Below, piece after piece: positions 46,001 to 55,516 of a DNA stretch of 64,000 nucleotides. The stretch is from Pseudomonadota bacterium (lineage in GTDB: Bacteria > Pseudomonadota > Gammaproteobacteria > Burkholderiales > Burkholderiaceae_F). The stretch is from NCBI GenBank assembly GCA_029778535.1, contig JAKOQB010000039.1:41298-105297 (forward strand), in the 5' to 3' direction. Each line of letters starts with the position of its first letter. Within the stretch, counting starts at the first letter, position 1. The position numbers were made by a program, and so were the translations under genes. Under the pieces are notes generated by a model, which was not told the origin of the DNA, made no database searches, and was given only the letters and a program-made list of their open reading frames with translations.

Positions 46001-48686
46001 GCTTGACCTCGTCGGCGGCGATCGGCTCCGGTTCGGCTGCCAGCGGCGCCTCGACCGGCGCGGCCGCGGCGGCCGGCGCCGGAATCTCGAACTCGAACTC
46101 CGGCACGTCGACGGCGACGTGCTCCTCGTGCGCCTCTTCGGCCGGCGCCGGCGCGACCGGCGCGGCGGCAACCGGCGCGGGGGCGGCCTCCGGCAATCCC
46201 AGTCCGGCGGCGGAAAACGGTCCGCCTTCGCGCACGCGATTGGCGGCGCGCACCAGCGCGTCGCTGTCGATCGGCGCCTGCGGGTTGGCGGCGATCTGCG
46301 CGATCCAGCCGCGCATCAGCGTGCGCGCCGCCGATGCGAGCTTGATCAGGTCGTCGCTGGCCGGGCGTTCCTGCGACAACCACAGGTTGAAGCATTGCTC
46401 GATCGACCAGGCGCCCTCGCCAAAGGACTTCAGCCCCACCATGCGGCTGGATCCCTTCAGCGTGTGGAACGCGCGCCGCGTGGTGGTGAGCGTGGCCTGG
46501 TCGGCCGGCGTGGCCGCCAGCCGCGCGAGCTGCGCGTCGATCGTGTCGAGCACCTCGTTGGCTTCCTCGACGAAGATGCCGAGCAGTTCGGCGTCCGCCG
46601 CGGCCTCGGTCGCGGGCAGCGGCGCGGGCGCAGGTGCCGGCGCCGCGACCGGCGGCGGCGCGAAGATCTGCAGCAGTTCGGCGACCGAATTGGCGTTGCG
46701 CACTTCGTGCAACTGCCTGACCAGCACCGCGGCGCGCGCGGCGCGCTGCTTCAGCGCATCGTCGTCGAGCAGGTCGGCGTCGTTCGTGAGCTGCGGCAGC
46801 ACCTGGTCGAACTCGCGCAGCGCGGTGGTGTCGCCGCTGGCGAGCCGCTGCGCCAGCGCGTGCGCCTGCTCGACGTGGCGGCGTGCGGCCGATTCGACGT
46901 TCTCGCCCGGCGCGCCGCCCATGCGCGTGATCGGGCCCATCTCGCCTTCGCGCGCGGCCTCGATCGGCATGATCGCCAGGTCGGCGGAGAACACGCCGGC
47001 GTCCGCGTCCCAGCGGAACATGCCGCGCGGTCGGTCCGCGTCCTGGCTCAGCGTCTCGACGAAGAAGCCGACCGCGCCCAGGTTGTTGGCGATGCGCAGG
47101 AACTCCTGCTGGCTCGGCGCCGCGTCCGGCCGCGCAAAGCGCTCGATCGCGCTCTGCGCGTTGCGGATCGCCGCCACCGGATCGTCGTGGCCGAGCAGCG
47201 ACAGAACCCCGGCGATCTGGTCGAGCATCGGCGGGGTGGCGGCCAGTTCGGCGCGTTCGGCCGGCTGGCGGAAGAAGCGGTCGAGCCGCTGTTCGACTTC
47301 GCGCAGCGTGGCCTGCGTCTCGGCCACGACCGTGCTCATCGTCAGCCGGTCCTGCGCCTTGCGCGCCAGTTCCGTCAGCCACGGTCCGAGGTCGGGCAGC
47401 GGCTGATCATTGCGCGCGGCCACCAGGCGCTCGGCGACCTGGCGCGCGCGGCTCTCGAACAACGGTTCGGTGTGCGGCAGCTCCTCGATGCCCAGATCGG
47501 CGAACAGCAGCGCCGAGGCGATCTCGATGCCGAGCGTCTCGCGCGCCGACGGCGACATCGTGCCGATGTCGGCAGCGAGCGAGCCGACGGTGTCGAGCAC
47601 GATGTCGATGGCGTGCGCGCCGATCCTGTGCGCCGCCTTGCGCGCGAGCTGGATCTCGTGCACGAACTTGGTCGCGTCGTTCGACAGCCCGCCCGCGAGC
47701 GGACTCCACTGCGCCTTGGCCTGCGCCAGCGCTTCCTTCAGCGTGCGCAGCTGCTCCTGGTCGATCGACGTCAGCGTGGCGCGCTCGAAGTCGGGCGGGA
47801 TCAGCGCGTCGAGGCCGTACAGCCGCTTGATCTCGGCCACGCGCGCCTCGCCTGCTGCTGCGCGGCCGACGTAGTACAGCGCGTCGATCATCAGCCGCTC
47901 GGCCACCGCGCTGCTGCCTTCGATCAGGCGCCGCAGCTGCAGGTTCAGCCGCGCCAGCACGCGCTTCAGATCGACGTCGATCGGCAGGTGGTCGGCGGCG
48001 AGCGCGTCCATCATCCCGCGCACGATCCACCAGAAGCTGCGCGCCAGCCCGCGCTGCGGCAGGTTCTCCAGGTCGAGCAGCGCGTCGCGCATCATGCCGC
48101 GCGCGTCAACGTCGTTCGGATTGCGCAGGAAGCCGAGCAGGCCGCTCTCGAAGTGGACGCGGCGCACGCGCAACTGGTCGGCCGTCATCGGCCGGATGCT
48201 GATGCTGTGAAACGCCGGCCGGCGCGACAGATCGGGAAAGATCAGGTCGGCCGCGTGCACGCGCGGGGCGCGCGACAGCACCAGGATCTCGCGGTAGTAG
48301 GGGAACAGGCGCACCGGCTGGTTCGGCCGCCCCGCCAGCATCGCCTCCAGGTACGCGACCACCGCCGACAGCGTCGACTCGACCGACCGCACCGCCGCCG
48401 GCAGGCACTCGCGTGGCTCGGCTTCCCAGCGCCGCAGCAATTGTTCGACCGCGTCGAGCACCTGCACCACGCCGCGCAGATTGAGCATCTGCAGCGCGCC
48501 GTTGGCCTGGTGGATCTGCGCGCGCGCGGCGCGCAGCGGCTCGACGTCGCCCTTGGCGCCGAGGAATGTCTGCGCGTTCGCGGTCGCCTGCGCCAGCGCG
48601 GTGCGGATCTCGCCCAGCACCCACGCCAGCGGCGCCACGTCGGGCGCGACTTCGGCGATCTGACCCGGATCCTGCGTCTCGCTCAT
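43056..48686 (-). CDS. chpA: ChpA/PilL-type hybrid CheA histidine kinase of the type IV pilus chemosensory system (multiple Hpt domains, CheA core, CheW-like domain, C-terminal receiver)
   Basis: 1876 aa. Repeated Hpt-like segments are present (..RRAFHTLKGSSRMVGL.., ..RRAHSLAGITSTVG.., ..MRQLHTVKGSARMAGA..) with Ala/Pro-rich linkers. The HATPase region carries (..HLVRNAIAHGLE.., ..DDGAGLN.., ..GRGVGMDVV..), followed by a CheW-like domain and a REC domain (..VMVVDDSLTVRR..LMLVDIEMPRMDGFEL..). ATG follows GGAGAG. Confidence 0.92.
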   Translation of the reverse strand: MSETQDPGQIAEVAPDVAPLAWVLGEIRTALAQATANAQTFLGAKGDVEPLRAARAQIHQANGALQMLNLRGVVQVLDAVEQLLRRWEAEPRECLPAAVRSVESTLSAVVAYLEAMLAGRPNQPVRLFPYYREILVLSRAPRVHAADLIFPDLSRRPAFHSISIRPMTADQLRVRRVHFESGLLGFLRNPNDVDARGMMRDALLDLENLPQRGLARSFWWIVRGMMDALAADHLPIDVDLKRVLARLNLQLRRLIEGSSAVAERLMIDALYYVGRAAAGEARVAEIKRLYGLDALIPPDFERATLTSIDQEQLRTLKEALAQAKAQWSPLAGGLSNDATKFVHEIQLARKAAHRIGAHAIDIVLDTVGSLAADIGTMSPSARETLGIEIASALLFADLGIEELPHTEPLFESRARQVAERLVAARNDQPLPDLGPWLTELARKAQDRLTMSTVVAETQATLREVEQRLDRFFRQPAERAELAATPPMLDQIAGVLSLLGHDDPVAAIRNAQSAIERFARPDAAPSQQEFLRIANNLGAVGFFVETLSQDADRPRGMFRWDADAGVFSADLAIMPIEAAREGEMGPITRMGGAPGENVESAARRHVEQAHALAQRLASGDTTALREFDQVLPQLTNDADLLDDDALKQRAARAAVLVRQLHEVRNANSVAELLQIFAPPPVAAPAPAPAPLPATEAAADAELLGIFVEEANEVLDTIDAQLARLAATPADQATLTTTRRAFHTLKGSSRMVGLKSFGEGAWSIEQCFNLWLSQERPASDDLIKLASAARTLMRGWIAQIAANPQAPIDSDALVRAANRVREGGPFSAAGLGLPEAAPAPVAAAPVAPAPAEEAHEEHVAVDVPEFEFEIPAPAAAAAPVEAPLAAEPEPIAADEVKRIGPVAVSHGLYSVFLNESDECIRTLAQDVSEWRYEPQRPASAQAARRAHSLAGITSTVGVEPVLEIADPLDDLLHELSGEAGAHVTLAPPQFDTLERAIERMRGMLHQFAAGIYPDRAPLDAAAVQDLLSVVRAQAALHLPAAEEEESPAEEAAPAPVTAPEPMAIAPVAAAAAQPAEEVKPAEEGAAAAETAALLGQIASTAPLEEPRPAAPAVRDELDPDLLPVFLTEGSELLPAIGARLRALAARPNDRDVARELMRQLHTVKGSARMAGAMRLGEVVHDMETRIEASMHLADVPADLIEDLHTAYDHALGLFDGLQSGIAPAQAAAPAAAQPVAPMRAAEAAAPEEITATMAAPAAAPTANYIRVRADVLDKLVDHAGEVSIARAKLENEVTTLRGAIVDLTENIQRLRSQLREVEIQADAQIQARSDQLSRESAAFDPLEYDRYTRLQELTRMLRETVEDVAMVQGSMLKGVQLADSDLTSQGRLTRELQQQLMRVRLVTFANISERLYRVARQAAKELDKRVNLDIRGANTEIDRGVLEKMGAPFEHLVRNAIAHGLETPAQRRAAGKPETGELKIDVRQEANEIIVVIADDGAGLNLERIRARAIERKLIAPDQPVSERDLMELIFAPGFTTATEVTELAGRGVGMDVVRSELGSFGGRIAVSTEAGRGTRFTLYLPLTLAVMQAVLARVGQRRFALPSGMVEQVLRFRPSEIGRSIGEGMIEVPGVGPVVLRPLAQLLGEEITLAHVKQIPVVVLKSGDDRLAIAVDDVSNNQEIVVKTVGASVSRLAGILGATILGNGEIVLIINPVQLIMRAPEPPTLSDARFAPQAGEGGAEGATEIAAATPAQVMVVDDSLTVRRVTQRLLERHGYEVLQAKDGVDALRQLQDLTPDLMLVDIEMPRMDGFELTRNVRGHAAMSGIPIIMITSRTAEKHRRMAFDLGVNEYLGKPYQEDELLALMRRYLAQRKQRVPA

Positions 48687-48699
48687 GGCGCTCTCCAGG

Positions 48700-50907
48700 T
48701 CAGGACACGCGGAAGCGCGCCACCGACGCCTTCAGTTCGCGCGCGAGCGTGGCGAGCTGCCCGATCGACTGCGCCGCCTGGCGCGTGCCCTGCGAGGTCT
48801 GCTCGGTGGTCGCCAGGATGCTCTCGATCGACACCGCGACGCCGCTGGCCGACTGCGCCTGCTCGCCGGTGGTGCCTGCCACGCGTTCGATGAGGTCGGC
48901 GACCTGCCGCGTCACGCGTCCGATCTCGGCCAGCGACGTGCCGGCGGCATCGGACAGCTTGGTGCCCTCGACCACGCCCTGCGTGCTCTTCTCCATCGCG
49001 GTGACCGCGTCCTGCGTGTCGGTCTGAATCGTTCGGACCAGAGCGCCGATCTGCTTGGCTGCTTCGGCGGACCGGTCCGCCAGCCGCTGCACTTCCTCGG
49101 CCACCACCGAGAAGCCGCGCCCTGCCTCGCCGGCAGAAGCGGCCTGGATCGCCGCGTTCAGCGCCAGCACGTTGGTCTGCTCGGTGATGTCGGAGATCAG
49201 TTCGACGATCTCGCCGATCTCCTGCGACGACTCGCCCAGCCGCTTGATGCGCTTGGCGGTCTCTTGGATCTGCTCGCGGATCTCGTTCATGCCCGCGATC
49301 TGGTTGTACACCGCGCGCTGGCCGCGTTCGGCCGCGTCAAGAGATGCGCGCGCCACGCGCGCCGATTCGGTCGCGCTGCGCGAAGCCTCGTTGATCTGCG
49401 AGGCCATGATCAGCACCTTCTGGCCGGTGTCCTTGATCTCGCGGCTCTGCTGCTCGGAGGCCGACAGCAGCGCGGTCGTGATCTCGCGCGCCTGCGTCGA
49501 CGCGGCGCTGACCTGCTCGGCCGCGTCGTTGATGCGGCTGACCAGCCCGCGCAGCTCCTCGACCGTGTAGTTGACCGAGTCGGCGATCGCGCCGGTGATG
49601 TCCTCGCTCACCGTGGCCTCGATCGTCAGATTGCCGTCGGCGACCTCCTGCAGCTCGTTCATCAGTCGAAGAATGGCGGCCTGGTTCTGCTCGTTGGCGC
49701 GCTTGGCGGCCTCCTCGAACTTCTGCGCCTCGTTGCGGCGCGCCTCGGCTTCGAGCGTGCGGCTGCGGCTGTCGCCGAGCAGGATCTTGACCAGCCCGAT
49801 CGTCGCCAGCAGCACGGCCAACCCGAACACGGCCATGATCACGAAGTTGACCGCGCGCACGCCGCCTTCCTTCTGCAGCTCGCCCTGCACGTTCGACAGC
49901 TGCCCGCGCAGCTTCTCGGCGTCGCGCTGGATCACGGTCTGCGCGCGCCCGGCCTCGACCACGGAAGTGAAACCGCTGCTTGCCGCCGCGATCGACGGCT
50001 GCAGGTCGCCGAACAGCTTGGCGATCTGTTGCAGCCGTGGCCGCGCCTCGCCTTCACCGGCGCTCACGCTCTGCAGCAGATCGCGGAACTGCGCCAGATC
50101 GCGCGTCAGCGTCTGCGCCGCCTCCGCGCCCGCCAGCCCCGCCGGCAGCGCGGCCGCGGTGCGGGCGATGCGCTGCGCCAGCAGCGCGAGCTGCGCCAGC
50201 GGCGCGCTCTGGCCGCGCTGCGCCGCGAGTTCGTCGGTCAGTTGCGCGATGCGCGGCGCCGCCTCGTTCAGCCGCGTCAGGAAGTCGCCGTAGGCGCGCA
50301 GCGCCTTGTCGTGCGCGACGATCTGCGAAGCGGCGGTCTCGGAAGCCTTCCACGTGGTGGCGGCCTGCTCGAGCGCCGGTGCCGCGGACGAGCCGATCGC
50401 GCCGGCCAACGCCTCGAGGTTGGCAGCGACGCGGTCGCGGCTTTCGCGCAGTTCCGTCAGCGCGGTGCCGTTGCCCTCGGCCGCGCGCGGCGCCGCCTTG
50501 GCGAGCCGCTGCGAATGCGTGAGCGTGTCGCCGAGCAGTTGCGCCTGCGCGGCGTTGTTGGCCGCCAGACGAACGTCGATCGCCAGCACCGCCGCGAACA
50601 GGAACGCGAACACGCCCATCAGCGTCAGCATCACCTGCACCTGCGTGTTCAGCGGCCGGGTGCCGATGAAGGGCAGCCTCCACGCCAGCAGGCGATCGAC
50701 CATCCGCGAACCCCAGGTGCTCGACAGCGCGGCCTCGATCGCGCGGCGATCGATCTTCTGCGTCGGCGGGCTGGGCGGGATCGGCGCGCGCGCGCGGCCC
50801 GCCACCTCCGCCGCAGCGAACTCCGTGTAGCGGAACGGCTGCACGGTGATCTGGCCCTCGCCGTCCTTCGACGAGCTTTTCATCTCTGCGTCCATCGCCA
50901 TGCCCAT
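48700..50907 (-). CDS. pilJ: Methyl-accepting chemotaxis protein PilJ
   Basis: The highly conserved MCP signalling hairpin is present (..[48 protein letters not shown]..), with an N-terminal TM, a periplasmic domain, a second TM and HAMP. The start was set at ATG 50907 (AGGAG 8 nt upstream), just after the pilI stop. Confidence 0.9.
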   Translation of the reverse strand: MGMAMDAEMKSSSKDGEGQITVQPFRYTEFAAAEVAGRARAPIPPSPPTQKIDRRAIEAALSSTWGSRMVDRLLAWRLPFIGTRPLNTQVQVMLTLMGVFAFLFAAVLAIDVRLAANNAAQAQLLGDTLTHSQRLAKAAPRAAEGNGTALTELRESRDRVAANLEALAGAIGSSAAPALEQAATTWKASETAASQIVAHDKALRAYGDFLTRLNEAAPRIAQLTDELAAQRGQSAPLAQLALLAQRIARTAAALPAGLAGAEAAQTLTRDLAQFRDLLQSVSAGEGEARPRLQQIAKLFGDLQPSIAAASSGFTSVVEAGRAQTVIQRDAEKLRGQLSNVQGELQKEGGVRAVNFVIMAVFGLAVLLATIGLVKILLGDSRSRTLEAEARRNEAQKFEEAAKRANEQNQAAILRLMNELQEVADGNLTIEATVSEDITGAIADSVNYTVEELRGLVSRINDAAEQVSAASTQAREITTALLSASEQQSREIKDTGQKVLIMASQINEASRSATESARVARASLDAAERGQRAVYNQIAGMNEIREQIQETAKRIKRLGESSQEIGEIVELISDITEQTNVLALNAAIQAASAGEAGRGFSVVAEEVQRLADRSAEAAKQIGALVRTIQTDTQDAVTAMEKSTQGVVEGTKLSDAAGTSLAEIGRVTRQVADLIERVAGTTGEQAQSASGVAVSIESILATTEQTSQGTRQAAQSIGQLATLARELKASVARFRVS

Positions 50908-50933
50908 TTCCGCACTCCTGTGCGCGCCGTCCG

Positions 50934-51458
50934 TCAGGCGCCGATCGCGCTGAACCGCTCGAACGCCACCAGGCTCGCCAAGTCGAGCTCGGTCAGGATC
51001 GTGCCGTCGCTGTCGCGGTAGCGCACGCGTTCCCACGGCCTGGATCCGTCGTTCGCGGCCTCCAGGCGTTCCAGTTCCTTCAGATTGCGCAGCCCGAAGG
51101 CGCGGGTGATGATCAGCGCCGCGCTCGACTTCAGCGATTCGCCGATCACCAGCAGCTGCTGCGCCTGCTCGGGGCCCAGCGCCGTGCCGCCGCTGAACTG
51201 CATCAGGTCGACCACGCCGACCAGGCGGCCGCGCACGTTGGTCAGGCCCCGGTACCACGGCTTGGTCCACGGCACCGGCGCCACGTCGCCGAGCGGAACG
51301 ATTTCACCGGCCGACGCCATTTCGACCAGATACGCGCGGCTGCCGATGCGCACCGCCAGCCGCAGCGACGCGCCGGTGGCCACCGGCGCGGTCTTCAGGC
51401 GCTCGGCGAGCTGCGTCGAGAAGTCGCGCAGCTTGTCCAGTTGCTTTTCGGACTGCAT
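50934..51458 (-). CDS. pilI: CheW-like coupling protein PilI
   Basis: ..[51 protein letters not shown].. ATG 51458 follows GGAGGAG. Confidence 0.88.
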   Translation of the reverse strand: MQSEKQLDKLRDFSTQLAERLKTAPVATGASLRLAVRIGSRAYLVEMASAGEIVPLGDVAPVPWTKPWYRGLTNVRGRLVGVVDLMQFSGGTALGPEQAQQLLVIGESLKSSAALIITRAFGLRNLKELERLEAANDGSRPWERVRYRDSDGTILTELDLASLVAFERFSAIGA

Positions 51459-51506
51459 CGACGCTCCTCCGCCGGCCTCGTTACGCGCCACGCCCCGGTC
51501 CATGGA

Positions 51507-51872
51507 TCAGCTCAACGCGGCGATTTTTCCGAGCAGCTCATCTGCCTTGACCGGCTTGGTGATGTAGTCGCGCGCACCCTGCCGCAGCCCCCAGATGCGA
51601 TCGGTCTGCTGGCTCTTGCTGGTGCACATGATCACCGGGATGTTCTGGGTGGCCGGGTCCTTCGACAGCTGCCGCGTCAGTTGGAAGCCGTTCTGCCCCG
51701 GCATCACGACGTCCATCAGGATCAGGTCGGGCGTGTGCGACTTGAGCTTCAGCAACGCTTCTTCGGCATTCTCCGCCACCGATACGTTGAAGCCGTTCTT
51801 GGTCAGCAGTTCGGTCAGGAAGTAGCGTTCAGTCGGCGAATCGTCGACGATCAGAACCTTCTTGATCGGCAT
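51507..51872 (-). CDS. pilH: CheY-like response regulator PilH
   Basis: KVLIVDDSPTER.., ..DLILMDVVMPGQNGF.. and ..PVIMCTSK....D...G...GA.DYI.KP. Confidence 0.92.
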   Translation of the reverse strand: MPIKKVLIVDDSPTERYFLTELLTKNGFNVSVAENAEEALLKLKSHTPDLILMDVVMPGQNGFQLTRQLSKDPATQNIPVIMCTSKSQQTDRIWGLRQGARDYITKPVKADELLGKIAALS

Positions 51873-51899
51873 GTGCCCCCTCGCGCTGTGTATGGTGTT

Positions 51900-52295
51900 T
51901 CAGTCGGCCGCGTGCTGCCGCACCGCAGTCAGCAGGCTGTCCTTGGTGAACGGCTTGGTCAGGTACTCGCTCGAGCCGACCATGCGGCCGCGCGCCCGAT
52001 CGAACAACCCGTCCTTCGACGACAGCATCACGACCGGCGTCTTGGAAAACCGCGGGCTGCGCTTGATCAGCGCGCAGGTCTGATAGCCGTCCAGACGCGG
52101 CATCAGGATGTCGCAGAAGATGATGCTCGGCTGATGATCGGTGATCTTGGACAGCGCTTCGAAGCCGTCCTGCGCCAGGATCACCTGGCAGCCGGCCTGG
52201 GTCAGGAAGATTTCGGCGCTGCGGCGGATGGTGTTCGAGTCATCGATCACCATCACCTTGCGGCCGCGGATGTCGGAGAAGTCCTGCGTCGCCAT
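51900..52295 (-). CDS. pilG: CheY-like response regulator PilG
   Basis: KVMVIDDSNTIRR.., ..IIFCDILMPRLDGYQ.. and ..PVVMLSSKDG.FD.ARG...G...YLTKPF. Confidence 0.92.
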   Translation of the reverse strand: MATQDFSDIRGRKVMVIDDSNTIRRSAEIFLTQAGCQVILAQDGFEALSKITDHQPSIIFCDILMPRLDGYQTCALIKRSPRFSKTPVVMLSSKDGLFDRARGRMVGSSEYLTKPFTKDSLLTAVRQHAAD

Positions 52296-52370
52296 GGCAA
52301 CACTCCCATGTTCAGCGCACGCCGCCGGCCCGACCGGCCGGCGCGGTCCGTCGCAACGGGCTCGACGGCA

Positions 52371-52562
52371 TCAGATCTCCACCATCTCGAAGTCCTCCTT
52401 GCGCGCGCCGCACTCCGGACACGTCCAGTTGGGAGGCAGGTCTTCCCAGCGCGTGCCGGGCGCGATTCCCTCGTCCGGCAAGCCCGCCGCTTCGTCGTAG
52501 ATCCAACCGCAGATCAAGCACATCCATGTACGCGTCCCACTGCCCGCCGTGGTTGTTGTCAT
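52371..52562 (-). CDS. Rubredoxin
   Basis: WMCLICGWIYDEAAGLPDEGIAPGTRWEDLPPNWTCPECGARKEDFEMVEI carries two CxxCG knuckles. Confidence 0.93.
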   Translation of the reverse strand: MTTTTAGSGTRTWMCLICGWIYDEAAGLPDEGIAPGTRWEDLPPNWTCPECGARKEDFEMVEI

Positions 52563-52700
52563 GGCAGCAAAGCATCGAGAAAGAGTCGGCTAACATCTGT
52601 CGAATCGATCATAGCTTGGCCTGCCTAGTTACGGCTTACTTTCGGCTTCATACATACGGCTGAGGGGCTTGCCGGCGCACGGCCGCCTCTGCGCACACCG

Positions 52701-53567
52701 ATGCCCGTTCATGCGCCACCCGTTGTGCTGACCTTCGGAGTCTCGGATCCCACCGGTGCCACCGGGCTGGCCGCCGATGCGATCACGTGCGCGTCGATGG
52801 GTTGCCACGCCGCCGGGGCCGTCACCGCCGTGTCGGTGCAGGACAGCGTGCGGCTGCAGGACGTGCTGGCGATCGAGGGCGAACTGGTCGACGACCAGGC
52901 ACGCGCGGTGCTCGAGGACATGCCGGTGGCGGCGATCAAAGTCGGCGCCATCGGCAGCAGCGACAACGCGCAGGTGATCGCGGCGATCCTGTCGGACTAC
53001 GACGACGTGCCGGTGGTCGTCGATCCGTGGTTCGAGGTGCCGGCCGCGGAGATCGAGGAAAGCCGGTCGGCGCTCGAACTGATGACCGCGATGTGCGAGC
53101 TGATGCTGCCGCGGACCACGATGCTGACGGTCGATCTGAAAACGGCGCGACGGCTGGGTACCGTGCTCGCCGCGGCCGGCGGCAGCACGGAGGAGGATGC
53201 CGATGACCTCAGCGCGTCCGAATGCGCGCGCCGCCTGCTCGGCGCCGGCGCCGAGTACGTGCTGCTGACCGGCGTGCAGACGGCGGGCGGGTTGAACGTC
53301 AACACGCTGTTCGACGCCGAAGGCGGCCAGCAGAACGAAAGCGTCGATCGCGTCGAACTGCGCTTCCGCGGTGCCGGCGACACGCTGTCGGCCTCGATCG
53401 CGGCACTGCTCGCGCAGGGCATCGACGTCGGTGATGCGGTGCGCGAGGCGCACGATTTTCTCGGCCAGTCGCTCGCCGCCGGGTTTCGGCTCGGCATGGG
53501 CGCGGCGATGCCGGATCGGCTGTTCTGGGCGGGCGATGACGGACCGCAGGATGACGGCGACGATTGA
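52701..53567 (+). CDS. thiD: Hydroxymethylpyrimidine/phosphomethylpyrimidine kinase-like protein (divergent ThiD)
   Basis: Ribokinase-like layout: ..VLTFGVSDPTGATGLAADAIT.. ..AAIKVGAIGS.. ..VVVDPW.. ..GAGDTLSA.IAALLAQG.. It sits upstream of and overlaps thiE. The N-terminal glycine motif is divergent from canonical ThiD. Confidence 0.7.
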   Translation: MPVHAPPVVLTFGVSDPTGATGLAADAITCASMGCHAAGAVTAVSVQDSVRLQDVLAIEGELVDDQARAVLEDMPVAAIKVGAIGSSDNAQVIAAILSDYDDVPVVVDPWFEVPAAEIEESRSALELMTAMCELMLPRTTMLTVDLKTARRLGTVLAAAGGSTEEDADDLSASECARRLLGAGAEYVLLTGVQTAGGLNVNTLFDAEGGQQNESVDRVELRFRGAGDTLSASIAALLAQGIDVGDAVREAHDFLGQSLAAGFRLGMGAAMPDRLFWAGDDGPQDDGDD

Positions 53568-54216
53568 GCGCCCGGGCGGCGTCTATCTGCTGACGCCCGA
53601 CTGGAGCGACACCGCGCGTCTGCTCGACTTCACGGGCGTGGCGTTGACGAGCGGGGTGCGCTGGCTGCAGTACCGCAACAAGCGCGCCGAACCCGCGCTG
53701 CGAAGACGGCAGGCGCTGGCGCTGCGCGAACTGACGCTGACGCTCGGCGTGCGGCTGGTGATCAACGACGACATCGATCTGGCGCTCGCCGCGCAGGCCG
53801 ACGGCGTTCACGTCGGCCGCGATGACCCGGACCCGTGGCCGAAGCTCGCGCGCGAAGGCGTGCGGATGCTGGTCGGCGTCTCGTGCTACGACGACTTCGA
53901 GCGCGCGCGGCGCGCGCAGCGCGATGGCGCCGACTACGTCGCGTTCGGCTCGATGTTCGCGTCGGCGACCAAGCCGGCCGCGGTGCGGGCGCCGCCGGAC
54001 CTGCTGTCGCGCGCGCGCGCGCGGGATATGCACGTGGTCGCGATCGGCGGCATCGACGCGAGCAACATCGAGCGGGTCGCGGCCGCCGGCGCACACGCGG
54101 CGGCGCTGATCAGCGCCGTCTTCGATGCGGCCGATCCCGCCGCGGCCGCACTTGAACTCGGCCGCAGATTCGAACAGGGGAGACTTCAACATGAGTCGCA
54201 ACGAGCAGTTCTTTGA
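53536..54216 (+). CDS. thiE: Thiamine-phosphate synthase
   Basis: ..GVYLLTPD.. ..LQYRNK.. ..[23 protein letters not shown].. ..GVSCYD.. ..[13 protein letters not shown].. ..V.AIGGI. The start is ATG 53536 (or 53551). The gene overlaps thiD by 32 nt and hemL by 26 nt. Confidence 0.88.
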   Translation: MTDRRMTATIERPGGVYLLTPDWSDTARLLDFTGVALTSGVRWLQYRNKRAEPALRRRQALALRELTLTLGVRLVINDDIDLALAAQADGVHVGRDDPDPWPKLAREGVRMLVGVSCYDDFERARRAQRDGADYVAFGSMFASATKPAAVRAPPDLLSRARARDMHVVAIGGIDASNIERVAAAGAHAAALISAVFDAADPAAAALELGRRFEQGRLQHESQRAVL

Positions 54217-55516
54217 GCGCGCGCAGCGGAGCATTCCGGGCGGCGTCAATTCGCCGGTGCGGGCGTTCCGCTCGGTCGGCGGCACGCCGCGCTTCATCGC
54301 GCGCGCGCAGGGGCCGCACTTCTGGGACGCCGACGGCAAGCGTTACATCGACTACATCGGCTCCTGGGGGCCGATGATCGTCGGCCATACGCATCCCGAC
54401 GTGGTCGCAGCGATGCAGGCGGCGATCGCGAACGGGATCAGCTTTGGCGCGCCGACCGAGGCCGAGGTCGAGATGGCCGAAACGCTGCTCGCGCTCGCAC
54501 CGTCGATGCAGCAGGTGCGACTGGTTTCGTCCGGCACCGAGGCGGCGATGAGCGCGATTCGCCTGGCGCGCGGCGCGGCAGGCGACGGCAAGGGCCGGCG
54601 CAGGATCGTCAAGTTCGAGGGCTGCTATCACGGCCACGCCGACAGCCTGCTGGTCAAGGCCGGCTCGGGCGCGCTGACGTTCGGCCATCCGAGTTCGGCC
54701 GGAGTGCCGGCGGAGATCACGCAGCACACGATCGTGCTTGACTACAACGACGCGCAGCAGCTCGAGGACGCCTTCAAGCGCCACGGCGACGACATCGCGG
54801 GCGTGATCGTCGAGCCGGTCGCCGGCAACATGAACCTCGTGCGCGCCGCGCCGGAGTTCCTGCGATCGATGCGCGCCCTGTGCACCCGGCACGGCGCGCT
54901 GCTGATCTTCGACGAAGTAATGAGCGGGTTCCGCGTCGCGCTCGGCGGCGCGCAGGCGCTGTACGGGATCGACCCGGATCTGACCGTGCTCGGCAAGGTG
55001 ATCGGCGGCGGCATGCCGGTGGCGGCGTTCGGCGGCAAGCGCGCGGTGATGAAGCATCTGGCGCCGCTCGGTCCCGTGTACCAGGCCGGCACGCTGTCCG
55101 GAAACCCGGTTGCGGTCGCGTGCGGGCTGGCGACGCTGAGGCTGATTCAGCAGCCCGGCTTCTACGAGCGGCTCGGCGCGCAGACCGCCAAGCTGGTGCA
55201 GGGACTTGCGGACGCGGCCCGCGCTGCGGGCGTGCCATTTTGCGCCGATGCGGTCGGCGGCATGTTCGGCCTGTACTTCGCGGCGACCGTGCCGACCTGT
55301 TACGCGCAGGTGATGGCCACCGACAAGGCGCGGTTCAATGCGTTCTTCCACGCGATGCTCGACCGCGGCGTCTATCTGGCGCCTTCGGCGTTTGAGGCCG
55401 GGTTCGTGTCGGCGGCGCACGACGATGCGGTGATCGATGCCACCGTTGCCGCGGCGTATGCCGCGTTCAGGGGCTTACGGAACTCGGGCGGCGGCGCAGG
55501 GACGAACCAGCCATGA
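54191..55516 (+). CDS. hemL: Glutamate-1-semialdehyde 2,1-aminomutase
   Basis: ..[25 protein letters not shown].., ..[14 protein letters not shown].., ..FDEVMSGFR.. and ..[18 protein letters not shown] 54191 follows GGGGAGA. Confidence 0.95.
   Translation: MSRNEQFFERAQRSIPGGVNSPVRAFRSVGGTPRFIARAQGPHFWDADGKRYIDYIGSWGPMIVGHTHPDVVAAMQAAIANGISFGAPTEAEVEMAETLLALAPSMQQVRLVSSGTEAAMSAIRLARGAAGDGKGRRRIVKFEGCYHGHADSLLVKAGSGALTFGHPSSAGVPAEITQHTIVLDYNDAQQLEDAFKRHGDDIAGVIVEPVAGNMNLVRAAPEFLRSMRALCTRHGALLIFDEVMSGFRVALGGAQALYGIDPDLTVLGKVIGGGMPVAAFGGKRAVMKHLAPLGPVYQAGTLSGNPVAVACGLATLRLIQQPGFYERLGAQTAKLVQGLADAARAAGVPFCADAVGGMFGLYFAATVPTCYAQVMATDKARFNAFFHAMLDRGVYLAPSAFEAGFVSAAHDDAVIDATVAAAYAAFRGLRNSGGGAGTNQP

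Noticed and set aside
43017-48893. A 1958-aa ORF on the plus strand spanning the whole chpA region
   Set aside because: It lies exactly antisense to a well-supported 1876-aa ChpA. Its translation is Arg/Gly/Ala/His-rich low-complexity sequence with no recognisable domain. Such shadow ORFs are expected when the true frame has very high GC3.
52563-52700. A possible TPP riboswitch upstream of thiD
   Set aside because: The THI-box core is absent: there is no CUGAGA...ACCC...CCUGAUCUGGAUAAUGCCAGCG-like segment. Only short CGGCT repeats are present.
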